Part shown: positions 8,856 through 17,103 of the stretch, piece after piece
How the letters are laid out: each line of letters opens with the position of its first letter
Numbering within the stretch: position 1 is the stretch's first letter
From: Parasynechococcus marenigrum WH 8102
GTDB lineage: Bacteria; Cyanobacteriota; Cyanobacteriia; PCC-6307; Cyanobiaceae
DNA length: 32,000 bases
Direction of reading: 5' to 3'
NCBI RefSeq assembly: GCF_000195975.1
Contig: NC_005070.1
Location: 420,001-452,000 of the forward strand
Position numbers and translations under genes: made by a program
Notes under the pieces: generated by a model
Seen by the model: the letters and a program-made list of their open reading frames with translations, nothing else
Databases searched by the model: none
Told to the model about the DNA's origin: nothing

Positions 8856-9603
8856 TGATTCTTCTAGCATGAAAGTCTGCGTTGTAATTCCTGCACGATA
8901 TTCATCATCTCGTTTTCCCGGGAAGCCCTTAGTCAACTTATTATATAAACCGATGATTATATGGGTTGCGGACATAGCAGCCCGTGCGGTTGGTATTGAG
9001 CATGTTTATGTTGCTACTGATGATACTCGCATAGCAGATGCCGTTACTTCATATGGATATAAATTCATAGAAACAAGTCCTCATGCTCTTACAGGTACAG
9101 ATCGTGTTGCTGAAGCCTCTAAACAAATAGATTATGATATTTACATTAATGTGCAGGGAGATGAACCAACGATTGACCACTTGGAAATTTTAAAATGTAT
9201 TCAACTGAAGAAAGAAAACTTTGATTGCGTTGTTAATGGATATTGCACCATCAGCACTAACTCAAACCCTTCCTCCAAAAACATCCCTAAGGTTGTCAAG
9301 ACAGAGAAAAACAGATTAGTTTATATGTCGCGCTCATTAGTTCCAGGCTTTAAAGACCTCAACATTATGCCTAAAGAATACTTAAAACAAGTGTGTATTT
9401 ATGGGTTTAGTTTTGAAGAGCTTCAGTTATTTAGTAATTATGGCCGTAAAAGCTTGTTAGAGCAGTCTGAAGATATCGAAATACTACGCTTCTTGGACCT
9501 GGGAAAACAAGTGTTAATGTATCAGTGTGCAAAAGAAAGCCTGGCTGTTGATGTTCCAAGTGACATCCAAATTGTTGAGGATTACCTTCAGCCCAATAAA
9601 TGA
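8842..9603 (+). CDS. KdsB-family cytidylyltransferase (CMP-3-deoxy-ulosonate synthetase-like)
   Basis: VVIPARYSSSRFPGKPL...KPMIIWV...TGTDRVAEA...INVQGDEPTI closely follows the KdsB pattern (IPARYxSxRxPGKPL, GTxR, QGDEP). The more likely start is the ATG at 8869 (MKVCVVIPARY). The ATG at 8842 overlaps the upstream gene. Confidence 0.8.
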   Translation: MECFDDSSSMKVCVVIPARYSSSRFPGKPLVNLLYKPMIIWVADIAARAVGIEHVYVATDDTRIADAVTSYGYKFIETSPHALTGTDRVAEASKQIDYDIYINVQGDEPTIDHLEILKCIQLKKENFDCVVNGYCTISTNSNPSSKNIPKVVKTEKNRLVYMSRSLVPGFKDLNIMPKEYLKQVCIYGFSFEELQLFSNYGRKSLLEQSEDIEILRFLDLGKQVLMYQCAKESLAVDVPSDIQIVEDYLQPNK

Positions 9604-10211
9604 TCAATTCTCTCGATAAGTACAACAGCTTCGTGTTTGACTGTGATGGAGTCGTCCTAAATTCGAATTCGATTAAAACCAATGCATTCTATGATACCGC
9701 CTTGCCTATGGGGCAAGAGATTGCAAATGAGCTAAAAAGATATCATCTAAGACACGGTGGTATATCTCGGTACGAAAAATTTTCCCATCTTTTAAAGAAT
9801 ATTGCGCCAAAGTATAACAAAGCATCAGTGCCAAGTATTGAACATCTTCTATATACTTATTCAAGCATAGTAGAAAAAGCTTTGCTTGATTGTGAAATAG
9901 CAAAGCATCTCGCATTGCTTCGTGAGCGTACAAAGAAAAGCTCCTGGACAATTGTTTCAGGGAGCGACCAATTAGAATTAAGAAAGATCTTTAACGAAAG
10001 AAACATAGATAAGTTATTTGATGGTGGTATTTTTGGAAGTCCTGATAATAAACACCGTATATTAGCCAGAGAATTAAAGAATCGATCTATTCTGAAACCA
10101 GCTTTAATGCTTGGCGATAGTTTATATGATTATGAAGCAGCTTCTAAAGCTGGCTTGGATTTTATCTTTGTATACAATGGTCAGAAGTTGATCAATGGCA
10201 GAGTTTTGTAA
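9600..10211 (+). CDS. HAD-superfamily hydrolase/phosphatase
   Basis: HAD motif I FVFDCDGVVLNSN, motif II IVSGSD and motif IV GDSLYDYEAASKAG. There is an ATGA overlap with the upstream cytidylyltransferase gene. The C-terminus is uncertain (see findings). Confidence 0.75.
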   Translation: MINSLDKYNSFVFDCDGVVLNSNSIKTNAFYDTALPMGQEIANELKRYHLRHGGISRYEKFSHLLKNIAPKYNKASVPSIEHLLYTYSSIVEKALLDCEIAKHLALLRERTKKSSWTIVSGSDQLELRKIFNERNIDKLFDGGIFGSPDNKHRILARELKNRSILKPALMLGDSLYDYEAASKAGLDFIFVYNGQKLINGRVL

Positions 10212-10358
10212 AAAAAAATCAACTTCCTTATATTGAATGCCTATCCAATCTTCTGCCATAGTGCCTTCTTGAAATTCTTGAGGTTGATTTAATTGACCAA
10301 TAGCTTTTTGTATCACTTCTTAATTAACTACTTTTATCTTCAAATTTAACCACAACTA

Positions 10359-12161
10359 GTGAATATCTTCTTCTTTTACTTAAATCAATTTGTCAACCAC
10401 CTTCCTCGTGCCCGCCTATTTCAGTTATTGACTGCATTACCATTAATAATCGTTGGTAGCTTTCTTGAAGTCTTTTCTTTGGCTTTAGTCGTTCCATTTT
10501 TAACATCAATATCTTCAGAAGAGATAATAATCAGTAATTCTTCATTAAATTCTTTCATTTCTTGGCTAAACATTTCTACAAATGATGAGATAATAATCAT
10601 CTTAGGTATTTTGTTTGTTTCTGCAGTTATTCTAAGTGGGGTCACAAGACTATATATCATTTGGTTTAGTAACTTGTTGTCAGCAAATATTGGACATGAC
10701 ATGAGTATACAGGCGTATGAAAATACCCTCAAAAAACCTTTTATTGAGCATAAGCTAAGCAATTCTGGCGATGTAATTGCAGCAATTATCACGCATATCC
10801 ATATCACTGTACTAGTAATTAATTCACTATTGACAGCTGCGAGTTCATTCTTTACCGTTCTTGCTGTAGGTATTGGATTGGCAATAATTAATCCAATTGA
10901 AACATCTATAATTGCAGTAACACTGTTTTTGTCTTATTTACTAATAACTCGAATATTTAACAAGCGTGTCGAATATTATGGTAATATTATTGCAGAAAAT
11001 AAGAATAAAAAAATAAAGTTAATACAGGAGAGCCTTGGTGGAATAAGAGATGTTTTAATGAATAATAGATTTAAAGATTACGTGGAATCTTATAATATTT
11101 TGGATTATCAAGAACGAAATTTGCTTGCAAAACTAACGTTTTTGAATAGAACTCCGAGGGTTTTAGTTGAGATCATATTTATAAGTATACTCATCATCGC
11201 TGGATTGATAATAGCAGTTGTTTTTCAAGAAAAACAACTTTTGATACCAACGCTTGGTTTATTTGCACTAGCCTCCCAAAAGTTGTTGCCAAATACTCAA
11301 AATATATTTAATGCCTGGGTAACTGTCAGAAGCTCGAAGGTGCAAATCGATGAGACATTAAAATTACTTAATCAACCTGCATATTCAAATTTTAATGCTT
11401 TAAGCTCACATCAAAATTTAGTGTTTCAAGACTGCATTGAATTCAATTGTGTTTCCTATCAATACCCTAATAACCCTCATGAATCTCTTGCTGACATTAA
11501 TCTTAAAATATATAGAGGCGATAAGATCGGAATTATAGGAACAACAGGTAGCGGTAAAAGCACTTTCATCGATCTATTGATTGCATTGCTGGAACCATCA
11601 AAAGGATCCATTATGATTGATGGTCAAATTTTGGCCGGAGAAATTTCTAGACAATGGCAATCTCTAATATCACATGTACCACAGGAGATATTCCTTTTTA
11701 ACAAGAGTTTGGCCGAAAATATTTCATTGAGCAAAATATATGATTATGAAAAAATTCGAGATGCGGCTGAAAAATCGTTGATTACATCATTGCTCGAGGA
11801 CTGCTTGGGTGAGAATGTACATAAGACTTTAACTGAGAGAGGCAGTAATCTAAGTGGTGGCCAAAAGCAAAGAATAGGGATAGCTCGAGCTATTTATCAA
11901 AATAAGCCAATACTTATTTTAGATGAAGCTACAAGTGCATTAGATTTATATACTGAAGAGTCTATCCTAACTGCACTACGAGAGTCTTCCGTTAAATTGA
12001 CAATAATCATGATCTCACACAACCTTCGGACTTTAGAAATGTGCGATAAAATTATTTGGCTTGAAGATTCCAAACTAGTAGGATATAGCGACTCAAAAGT
12101 AATTTTAAGTAAATACAAAGAGAAAATAGCAAAATTTCGATCTTTCAATAAGACCTCATAA
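10359..12161 (+). CDS. ABC exporter, fused TMD-NBD half-transporter (MsbA/PglK type)
   Basis: The N-terminal ~300 aa is hydrophobic with multiple TM segments. Walker A is GIIGTTGSGKST, the ABC signature is LSGGQKQRIGIARA and Walker B is ILILDEATSALD. The GTG start is the first start codon after an in-frame stop at 10347. Confidence 0.85.
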   Translation: MNIFFFYLNQFVNHLPRARLFQLLTALPLIIVGSFLEVFSLALVVPFLTSISSEEIIISNSSLNSFISWLNISTNDEIIIILGILFVSAVILSGVTRLYIIWFSNLLSANIGHDMSIQAYENTLKKPFIEHKLSNSGDVIAAIITHIHITVLVINSLLTAASSFFTVLAVGIGLAIINPIETSIIAVTLFLSYLLITRIFNKRVEYYGNIIAENKNKKIKLIQESLGGIRDVLMNNRFKDYVESYNILDYQERNLLAKLTFLNRTPRVLVEIIFISILIIAGLIIAVVFQEKQLLIPTLGLFALASQKLLPNTQNIFNAWVTVRSSKVQIDETLKLLNQPAYSNFNALSSHQNLVFQDCIEFNCVSYQYPNNPHESLADINLKIYRGDKIGIIGTTGSGKSTFIDLLIALLEPSKGSIMIDGQILAGEISRQWQSLISHVPQEIFLFNKSLAENISLSKIYDYEKIRDAAEKSLITSLLEDCLGENVHKTLTERGSNLSGGQKQRIGIARAIYQNKPILILDEATSALDLYTEESILTALRESSVKLTIIMISHNLRTLEMCDKIIWLEDSKLVGYSDSKVILSKYKEKIAKFRSFNKTS

Positions 12162-12172
12162 TTTCTCGACTT

Positions 12173-13045
12173 ATGATTGGGATCCATCGTCTTTTTAAGT
12201 TCGCGAAAAAGCTTACTAGATTTTTGTGTCAAAAACTACATGAGAAATCTTCATTGCCATACAATTATTATCAATGGATAGGGATTTTCAATAAGTTTCG
12301 CCCTCTTTATTCATTTTTAGCTGACGCTGAGAAAATTTGCATTGTAAGCAAGGGAGCTTCTTTGGCAGAACTGCCAGATGAAAAAATTTATTTTGAGATT
12401 ACGCAGGCTGATTTAACAATTCTAGTAAGTTCAGTTGATATACAAAATCATCCTGTGTTGTCTAAATTGACTTATGACATGCAGGTAGTTGGAAGAGTGG
12501 ATGAAATTGAGGGTTATGTACCAGTTTTCCCGAAACAAATTTTAGACCATTTTGAAATCGGGGCTCTCTGTGTTAATTCAAATTCCAAATACCTTTCAGG
12601 ATTAGCCCTGTATAGATTTTACAAATTTTTCTCTAAGTTGGGTCTACCCCTTTACTCAACTGAAGGTGGCATTTCTTTCGTTTCAGAAGATGCACGGATT
12701 TATAATGGCAAAGGTTTGACTATCATCCAAAAAATTATTTCCCATTGCCTAATGTCAAAAAAACTTAAAACAATTACATTCTTGGGTGTTGACTTTTATG
12801 GAACAGGTTATTTGGATTCGTTGAGAGATAAAGAAAAAAATGAATTGTCGCTCTTTCCTGAAATTAATACACTATCTACTGACCCCCGAAACAATAGAGG
12901 TATACCACTAATTAGATACTTAATTGCATTAGCGAACTCCCCGAAAATGTCTGTTCAATTGTGCTTCCCAGAAGAAATTGTTAAATTTATTCCACATTTG
13001 TATAAGCGAGACTTTGAGACAGCCAAGAAAATCACCATATTTTAA
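12173..13045 (+). CDS. Hypothetical protein; possible Cst-type (GT42-like) / DUF115-like ulosonic-acid transferase
   Basis: KICIVSKGASLAEL resembles the N-terminal IIAGNGPSL motif of Campylobacter Cst sialyltransferases. KTITFLGVDFYGTGY resembles their YLSGIDFY segment. The same two-motif layout occurs in the C-terminal domain of the 7233..8855 protein. This is motif-level recognition only. Confidence 0.4.
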   Translation: MIGIHRLFKFAKKLTRFLCQKLHEKSSLPYNYYQWIGIFNKFRPLYSFLADAEKICIVSKGASLAELPDEKIYFEITQADLTILVSSVDIQNHPVLSKLTYDMQVVGRVDEIEGYVPVFPKQILDHFEIGALCVNSNSKYLSGLALYRFYKFFSKLGLPLYSTEGGISFVSEDARIYNGKGLTIIQKIISHCLMSKKLKTITFLGVDFYGTGYLDSLRDKEKNELSLFPEINTLSTDPRNNRGIPLIRYLIALANSPKMSVQLCFPEEIVKFIPHLYKRDFETAKKITIF

Positions 13046-13160
13046 GTGATATTCTGCAAGTCTTTCCCATTCCTTTCTAAATTTATTCAATGACTCATAC
13101 GACTTTCTTCAACCTCAACGCTCTGATTTCAAATTACTAATCAAGGAGCTATAAATACTC

Positions 13161-14051
13161 ATGCTTAAATCTAAAAAACATATGAAGTTTTCCACTATTC
13201 TAAAAAAAATAATTAGAAAAACTTCCCTTGCCTTTGTCAATTGTGTTTTCCCTGCTCCGAATGCTAAGCACGTAGATGCATCAAAAGTAGGTGAATTTAT
13301 TAATGCAACAAGTGGATGTCACTTTCAGTTTAACTACGGTTTGAAGTTAAACTCTGGGGTATCAAATCCTCACATTAGACATCTATCTGTTTGTAACGAT
13401 ATTTTATTCTCATTGGCCTTCAATAGACGACGAGTTAATTTCCTTGAGTGTTGCTGTATGGACGGGTATCTTTCTTGGCGACTGTCTGGGCAAAGATCAA
13501 AATACTTTTTTAATAGCCTGACTGCCAATGATATAGACACTCGTAATATCAATAAAATCATTGCATATAATATTGCATTTGGCATAAATGTGAATCAGAT
13601 ATCTGGCGATATGAATAACCTTGAAGGCCGATATGACATTTGTACTATATTGGGATCAAGTTATTTTCTCGACTATCCTTTGAGTACGCTTAGTAGGATA
13701 ATTGAGAGAAATCTTGCAAAAAACGGAGTTTTATATATTGATTTTAGGTGCCATCCTGAGGATAACTTTCTACCGAGACATATTTTAGCGGACCCAGAAA
13801 GCATAAAGCTTTATACAGAGGGACTTGATAAACCTATAGGTTTAAGATTTGAGTTTTGCCCTGCGTCAGAAGATCTGGCTTTTATCAATCGCCCGGAAAA
13901 ATACACTTGTGGAATATATTATCATTATCGTGATATTTTGAAATTTATAGAAAAACTACCAAGAATTAAAAGTGTAAGGCCTATTTATCTAGAAAATGAA
14001 GAAACTGAAACTTGTTCAGCTACTTGGGTGATCCTTAAAATAACCACCTAA
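13161..14051 (+). CDS. Hypothetical protein (possibly a very divergent class I methyltransferase-like fold)
   Basis: 296-aa ORF in the island frame context, with an AAGGAG about 12 nt upstream. The order of segments loosely matches methyltransferase motifs I, post-I, II and III: VNFLECCCMDGYL, LTANDID, YDICTILGS and LAKNGVLYIDF. The Gly-rich loop is replaced by a Cys-rich one. Confidence 0.45.
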   Translation: MLKSKKHMKFSTILKKIIRKTSLAFVNCVFPAPNAKHVDASKVGEFINATSGCHFQFNYGLKLNSGVSNPHIRHLSVCNDILFSLAFNRRRVNFLECCCMDGYLSWRLSGQRSKYFFNSLTANDIDTRNINKIIAYNIAFGINVNQISGDMNNLEGRYDICTILGSSYFLDYPLSTLSRIIERNLAKNGVLYIDFRCHPEDNFLPRHILADPESIKLYTEGLDKPIGLRFEFCPASEDLAFINRPEKYTCGIYYHYRDILKFIEKLPRIKSVRPIYLENEETETCSATWVILKITT

Positions 14052-14315
14052 TGCCATTCTATCGCTTCTAATTTAATGCCATCCCCGTTTCTTGAATTTT
14101 TTGCGACACTTAAAATTACTTTTTTGGGGTAATTGTAGTTGTCTTGGGTGTGATTTTAATTATCTTGGGATCACAATATAGTCCCATTAATTATTGTCAT
14201 GCTCAAGCAATGCTTGTCAGGCCCATGATTAATTTATAGTGTACTAAAATACATTGTGGCTAGCGAAACTCATTTCGCTTAAATTAATGTTTCAAGCACA
14301 ACTCTCATTTTTTAG

Positions 14316-14945
14316 ATGACTTTTTTTCAAAGGATTACAAACAAACTGAAAAGATCCTTCGGACTGGGTGTCCGCAAAACAGAACCTTGGTTTGAGCTAG
14401 CAGAAGCCGCGCTTATATATAAAGCTGAAAGCTATAAATCATATGACTTAAAGTTGTTAAAACTTACTGGGGTTGAAATTGGAGCCCACAGAGGTAATCA
14501 TGCTGCTCGCATCCTTTCAAGACTTCCAATTTCTTCTCTATGCCTGATCGATCCTTGGTCTGTTTATTCTGGCGATGAAGACTATTTTCAAAATCAGAAC
14601 ATTCAGGAATCCTTTTATTTAGAGACTTGCTCCAGGTTTAAGTCTGATCCCAGGGTAATGATATCAAGAAAATCATCACTTGAGGCTATACATGATTTTG
14701 CTGACTCTTCCTTGGATTTTGCGTATATTGATGGAGACCACTCCTATCAAGCTGTTTCCCAGGATCTCAATCTATGGTGGCCTAAAGTTAAGCACCGCGG
14801 CCTTCTTGTTGGCGATGACTATAAGTTTAAATTCCCAGGAGTCATGAAAGCTATAGAGGAATTTCAAGCACTTCATCAAGTTTCGCTGTATAAACTCGAC
14901 CGTGGGCAATATAGTTTTCTAAAGATTGAGAAGGATTTACTATGA
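14316..14945 (+). CDS. Class I SAM-dependent methyltransferase (Methyltransf_24 / TylF-like type)
   Basis: GVEIGAHRGNHA (motif I-like) and LDFAYIDGDHSYQAVSQDLNLWWPKVKHRGLLVGDDY. The latter is characteristic of the small sugar/macrolide O-methyltransferase-like family. Confidence 0.7.
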   Translation: MTFFQRITNKLKRSFGLGVRKTEPWFELAEAALIYKAESYKSYDLKLLKLTGVEIGAHRGNHAARILSRLPISSLCLIDPWSVYSGDEDYFQNQNIQESFYLETCSRFKSDPRVMISRKSSLEAIHDFADSSLDFAYIDGDHSYQAVSQDLNLWWPKVKHRGLLVGDDYKFKFPGVMKAIEEFQALHQVSLYKLDRGQYSFLKIEKDLL

Positions 14946-15856
14946 CTATGTCATCTTTCAGTAAAGAACATTTGAGCATCTTAAGCTCATCGCCAAGTAT
15001 ACAGGTCTCACACGATCCATTTCCCCATGTAATAATCAGAAATTGTCTCTCAAGTGAAATTTATAACCAATTAGAAAGCTCCTATCCATCTGACAGTTTT
15101 CTCCAAAATTGGCAACCAGAGAGAACTGGCGAGAATGTTCGCCAAAAAGTAGAGTTCCATTCTATTCTCCAAAAAGATGCCTGCTGGGAAGGGGCAGAGA
15201 TTTGGCGAGAGTTTGTTTCCTTACATTTGTCAAATTATTTTTTTCAGCAAGTATTAGATCTATTTAGAAAAGAAATCCTAACTACTTCACCCCTTCTAGA
15301 GACTCTCTTAGGTTGCAGCATTGAAAAAGCTAGGATCTCTACACATATTCCTGATATACCTCTTTCAAAAAAAGATGAAGAAAAAACTATTTTTCTAGAA
15401 GGCGATGTTGGGATAAACACTCCATTAAGCTTGCCTACTTCCGTTCGAGGTCCACATGTAGATGGTATGCAAAAAATATTTGCTGGTCTTCTTTATTTTA
15501 GAAGATCATGTGACTTATCGTCTGGTGGTGATCTTGAATTGTCTTCGTGGAGATACAATCAACAGCCCATCTTTCGTGGAACCATGAGTGTTAATTCGAA
15601 GCATGTTGTCACGAGATGTACAATTCCTTATGCCGCAAATACAGCCATATTATGGGTCAATTCCCCTAATGCCATACATTCGGTCACTCCTCGATCGCCT
15701 TCAAAGCATTCACGTAGGCTAGTTTACTTTAGTGGTCGGGTTGGCACCCAGCATGTTTTCAAACAAGGCTTGTTTCCATTGGCAACAAGAAAATCGTTCG
15801 TTGAGAAAGTTGTTGCAAAGTCCAAATATATCGTAAGAAAAAAATTTTTGCGATAG
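14942..15856 (+). CDS. Putative 2OG-Fe(II) oxygenase-superfamily protein
   Basis: GPHVDG (HxD) followed by LLYFR...SGGDLEL and a distal His in AIHSVTP fits the HxD...H facial-triad layout of prolyl-hydroxylase-like 2OG oxygenases. There is an ATGA overlap with the upstream methyltransferase gene. Confidence 0.55.
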   Translation: MTMSSFSKEHLSILSSSPSIQVSHDPFPHVIIRNCLSSEIYNQLESSYPSDSFLQNWQPERTGENVRQKVEFHSILQKDACWEGAEIWREFVSLHLSNYFFQQVLDLFRKEILTTSPLLETLLGCSIEKARISTHIPDIPLSKKDEEKTIFLEGDVGINTPLSLPTSVRGPHVDGMQKIFAGLLYFRRSCDLSSGGDLELSSWRYNQQPIFRGTMSVNSKHVVTRCTIPYAANTAILWVNSPNAIHSVTPRSPSKHSRRLVYFSGRVGTQHVFKQGLFPLATRKSFVEKVVAKSKYIVRKKFLR

Positions 15857-15966
15857 CTTAATTGATCAATTAGCCTCTTGTTAGTTACGGCTCTAACTCC
15901 ATGCTTTGTTTTTTAAAGAATCCAATTTCACTCTATGAAATTTCGCACCAGTGCATCTAAATTAGT

Positions 15967-16776
15967 ATGAACTCAAAAAATATTTTTCAAATGCTCGATA
16001 TGTCTAATCGAGCCAGTCTTATTACAGGTGGAGCAGGGCATATTGGTGTTGAGATGGCCCTTTCTCTTGCTGAGCTGGGTTCAAATATTATTTTAATAGA
16101 TAAAGACTTTAATGGCCTCCAGTTGGCAAAGGAGTCGATTCTAAATGTTTTTAATGCTCAAGTTGTGACAATTGCGGCTGATCTAGAAGATGAGCAATCC
16201 CCTTCGAAAATAGCTTCTATTGTTGATAATAAATTTGGTAAAGTCGATGTACTCATTAACAACGCGGCGTTCGGCGGGACTACAGTTCTTGAGGGGTGGA
16301 CTACTACATTTGCTCATCAATCTCTCAGCACCTGGCGGAGAGCATTGGAAGTTAACTTGACATCTGCATTTGCGTTGTCACAAGCATGTATTTCGCTACT
16401 CAATCAATCTAAAAGTGCTTCTATTATTAATATCGGTTCTATCTATGGATTCCTTGGTCCAGATCTTTCCCTTTACGAGGGAACTGCGATGAATAATCCA
16501 GCCGCTTACGCCGCGAGCAAGGGGGGCTTACTGCAACTAACTCGTTGGATGGCGACGGTGCTTGGTCCTGATATTCGTGTCAACGCGATTTCTCCTGGAG
16601 GTGTGGCACGCGGGCAGCCTCAAGCTTTTGTTGATCGCTATGTTTCACGCACTCCTTTGAAGCGAATGGGGCGTGAAGAGGACTTTAAAGGGGCTATCGT
16701 CTATCTGGCTTCAGATATGTCTGCTTGGGTCACCGGCCAAAATTTAGTGGTTGACGGTGGCTGGTCAGTTTGGTGA
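15967..16776 (+). CDS. Short-chain dehydrogenase/reductase (SDR)
   Basis: ITGGAGHIGVEMA (TGxxxxxG), NNAAFGG, catalytic YAASKGG (YxxxK) and PGGV. The GGAGxIG variant recalls PtmA-type flagellin-modification SDRs. That comparison comes from memory, not from a search. Confidence 0.85.
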   Translation: MNSKNIFQMLDMSNRASLITGGAGHIGVEMALSLAELGSNIILIDKDFNGLQLAKESILNVFNAQVVTIAADLEDEQSPSKIASIVDNKFGKVDVLINNAAFGGTTVLEGWTTTFAHQSLSTWRRALEVNLTSAFALSQACISLLNQSKSASIINIGSIYGFLGPDLSLYEGTAMNNPAAYAASKGGLLQLTRWMATVLGPDIRVNAISPGGVARGQPQAFVDRYVSRTPLKRMGREEDFKGAIVYLASDMSAWVTGQNLVVDGGWSVW

Positions 16777-17103
16777 CCCCGAATGTTTTGAGATTATTTT
16801 TAAATAATACGACGTTTTGCAGCTTTTTCTCTGGACTAATGTGCAATGTATGATTGTCATTTTATTAAATGCAACGATAAATAAAGCATCCAACTCCTAA
16901 GCATAATTCAAATTGTGCCAATTTTAGTTCAATACCTGCTTTGATTGTTGGTTATAGCCAATATATAATTTTAGCTTATTCACGGATAAATTTTGAGTTG
17001 GAGCGCCACCAATTTCCAAATTTAGAGATACTTTATTGCTTGGCAAAGGGCTGTTTTGCTGTTATCTCCCCCTATTCATTGCCTTCCTGTTAACGTCTAG
17101 CCA

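Noticed and set aside
10421-12232. Minus-strand ORFs inside the ABC transporter gene (10421..10807, 128 aa; 11897..12232, 111 aa).
   Set aside because: They are antisense to a gene with intact Walker A, signature and Walker B motifs and have no recognisable features of their own. Long open antisense frames occur occasionally by chance.
14262-14279. A short hairpin AGCGAAA-CTCA-TTTCGCT upstream of the 14316 methyltransferase gene, considered as a possible terminator.
   Set aside because: It has only a 7-bp, AT-containing stem and no following U-run. It is not convincing as an intrinsic terminator.
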